Assembly: GCA_938091905.1 (NCBI GenBank)
Contig: CALKOM010000096.1
Coordinates: 1 to 63,098 of the forward strand
Source: an uncultured Verrucomicrobiales bacterium
GTDB taxonomy: Bacteria; Verrucomicrobiota; Verrucomicrobiia; Verrucomicrobiales; DEV007
Length of the DNA stretch: 63,098 nucleotides
Direction of reading: 5' to 3'
Position numbers and translations under genes: made by a program. The notes under the pieces were generated by a model. The model worked only from the letters and a program-made list of their open reading frames with translations. It made no database searches and was not told the DNA's origin. Shown here one piece after another: positions 62,310 through 63,098 of the stretch (positions are counted from its first letter, which is position 1; each line of letters opens with the position of its first letter).

Positions 62310-63098
62310 CTATTCTTCTGGATCTGGAGCTCTCTCAACGCGAAACATTCCGAGGGGATTTCCCCCCACAGCTTGAGTGTAGGTCACCATTCCAGTTTCG
62401 TTCACCACACTACCCACCGAAGCCCAGGCAGAGAAATCGGTCGTGCGAAACACCGTATAGGTGCCGAGAGGCCCCGAGACTGTCAGCTTGAAATCGCCCG
62501 TTTCAGAGAGGCTGGGGCTGACGTCGGGAAGTGGCAGTGGAATGAAGAAGATCTGATTGTCTGGATCATCCAGGAGTCGACTGAAGACAAAGATCAGATC
62601 TTCAGGGGCCCCTTCAGGTAACGTAATCTTTGCGAGATCATCATTGTCAAATAAGTCTATGTTAGGCTCTGGGTCGGTAGGAAAGCCCCGTTGAATCGTA
62701 ATTTCGGTCAGCTCATTTTCAAAGAGCTCAAGTAGCTCAAGTTTCGCCATGCCTTCAGGAAGAGTGAGTTTCTTGAGCCTGTTCTCGAAGGCGATGATCT
62801 CGATGACGTTAGGAAGCGGTCCATCGAACTCAAGTTTGGAGAGGGTGTTCTTCTCTAATCTTAATATCTCCAAACTGACGAGGCCTGCTGGTACGGTGAA
62901 GCTGGAAAGTTCGTTGTCGCGCAAGTCCAATACGCGGAGGTTGATCAAATCGTTAGCGAACGAAACAGGTCCAGTGAATACAGATCCAGCAAGATCGTTC
63001 TTAGCGATGGTGATGACCTCAAGGTTCGAAAAGCCTTCTCCGATGACAAAGGAAGTCAACATCGACGTATTCAGATTGAGTTCCTTGAGAGAGAAGAT
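62310..63098 (-). CDS. Leucine-rich-repeat secreted protein (partial, begins beyond the window)
   Basis: LxxLxLxxNxL repeats (LRVLDLRDNEL, LEILRLEKNTL, LELLELFENEL). The frame is open to the window end. C-terminal beta domain ends GMFRV. Confidence 0.85.
   Translation of the reverse strand: MFSLKELNLNTSMLTSFVIGEGFSNLEVITIAKNDLAGSVFTGPVSFANDLINLRVLDLRDNELSSFTVPAGLVSLEILRLEKNTLSKLEFDGPLPNVIEIIAFENRLKKLTLPEGMAKLELLELFENELTEITIQRGFPTDPEPNIDLFDNDDLAKITLPEGAPEDLIFVFSRLLDDPDNQIFFIPLPLPDVSPSLSETGDFKLTVSGPLGTYTVFRTTDFSAWASVGSVVNETGMVTYTQAVGGNPLGMFRVERAPDPEE

Noticed and set aside
1..63098. CRISPR array, rRNA, tRNA or prophage genes
   Set aside because: No regularly spaced repeats, tRNA cloverleaf with T-loop consensus, rRNA-like tract or phage hallmark proteins were seen by eye. 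A covariance-model scan would be needed to exclude small RNAs.

Overview
Bacterial window that most likely comes from a Verrucomicrobiota (PVC) genome. This is inferred from DUF1501/DUF1549-DUF1553 genes, sulfatases, a PEP-CTERM/exosortase locus, YdjY/DUF6288 domains and large secreted proteins with a shared C-terminal beta domain. The right part is largely housekeeping: tamB-tamA, pgsA, moaE, gnd, ileS-lspA, plsX-fabH and tatD. The left part is accessory: a partial ebo cluster (eboE, eboC-like), sulfatases, a PhoD-like/Gfo/HAD cluster and a protease/pseudo-protease pair. Several genes are decayed, notably a ~6.3 kb block (14089-20385) with pseudogenes for a DUF6288 protein, a PEP-CTERM protein, an exosortase-EpsI fusion and a helical-repeat protein. 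Other remnants are an ECF sigma factor, a helical-repeat protein and a Y1/HUH transposase. The best leads are a candidate C-terminal sorting domain shared by four unrelated exported proteins, a conserved hypothetical protein with an atypical-kinase motif set (29907-30953), and the decayed dedicated exosortase module. I saw no rRNA, tRNA or CRISPR array. All calls come from reading motifs by eye; no database searches were run.
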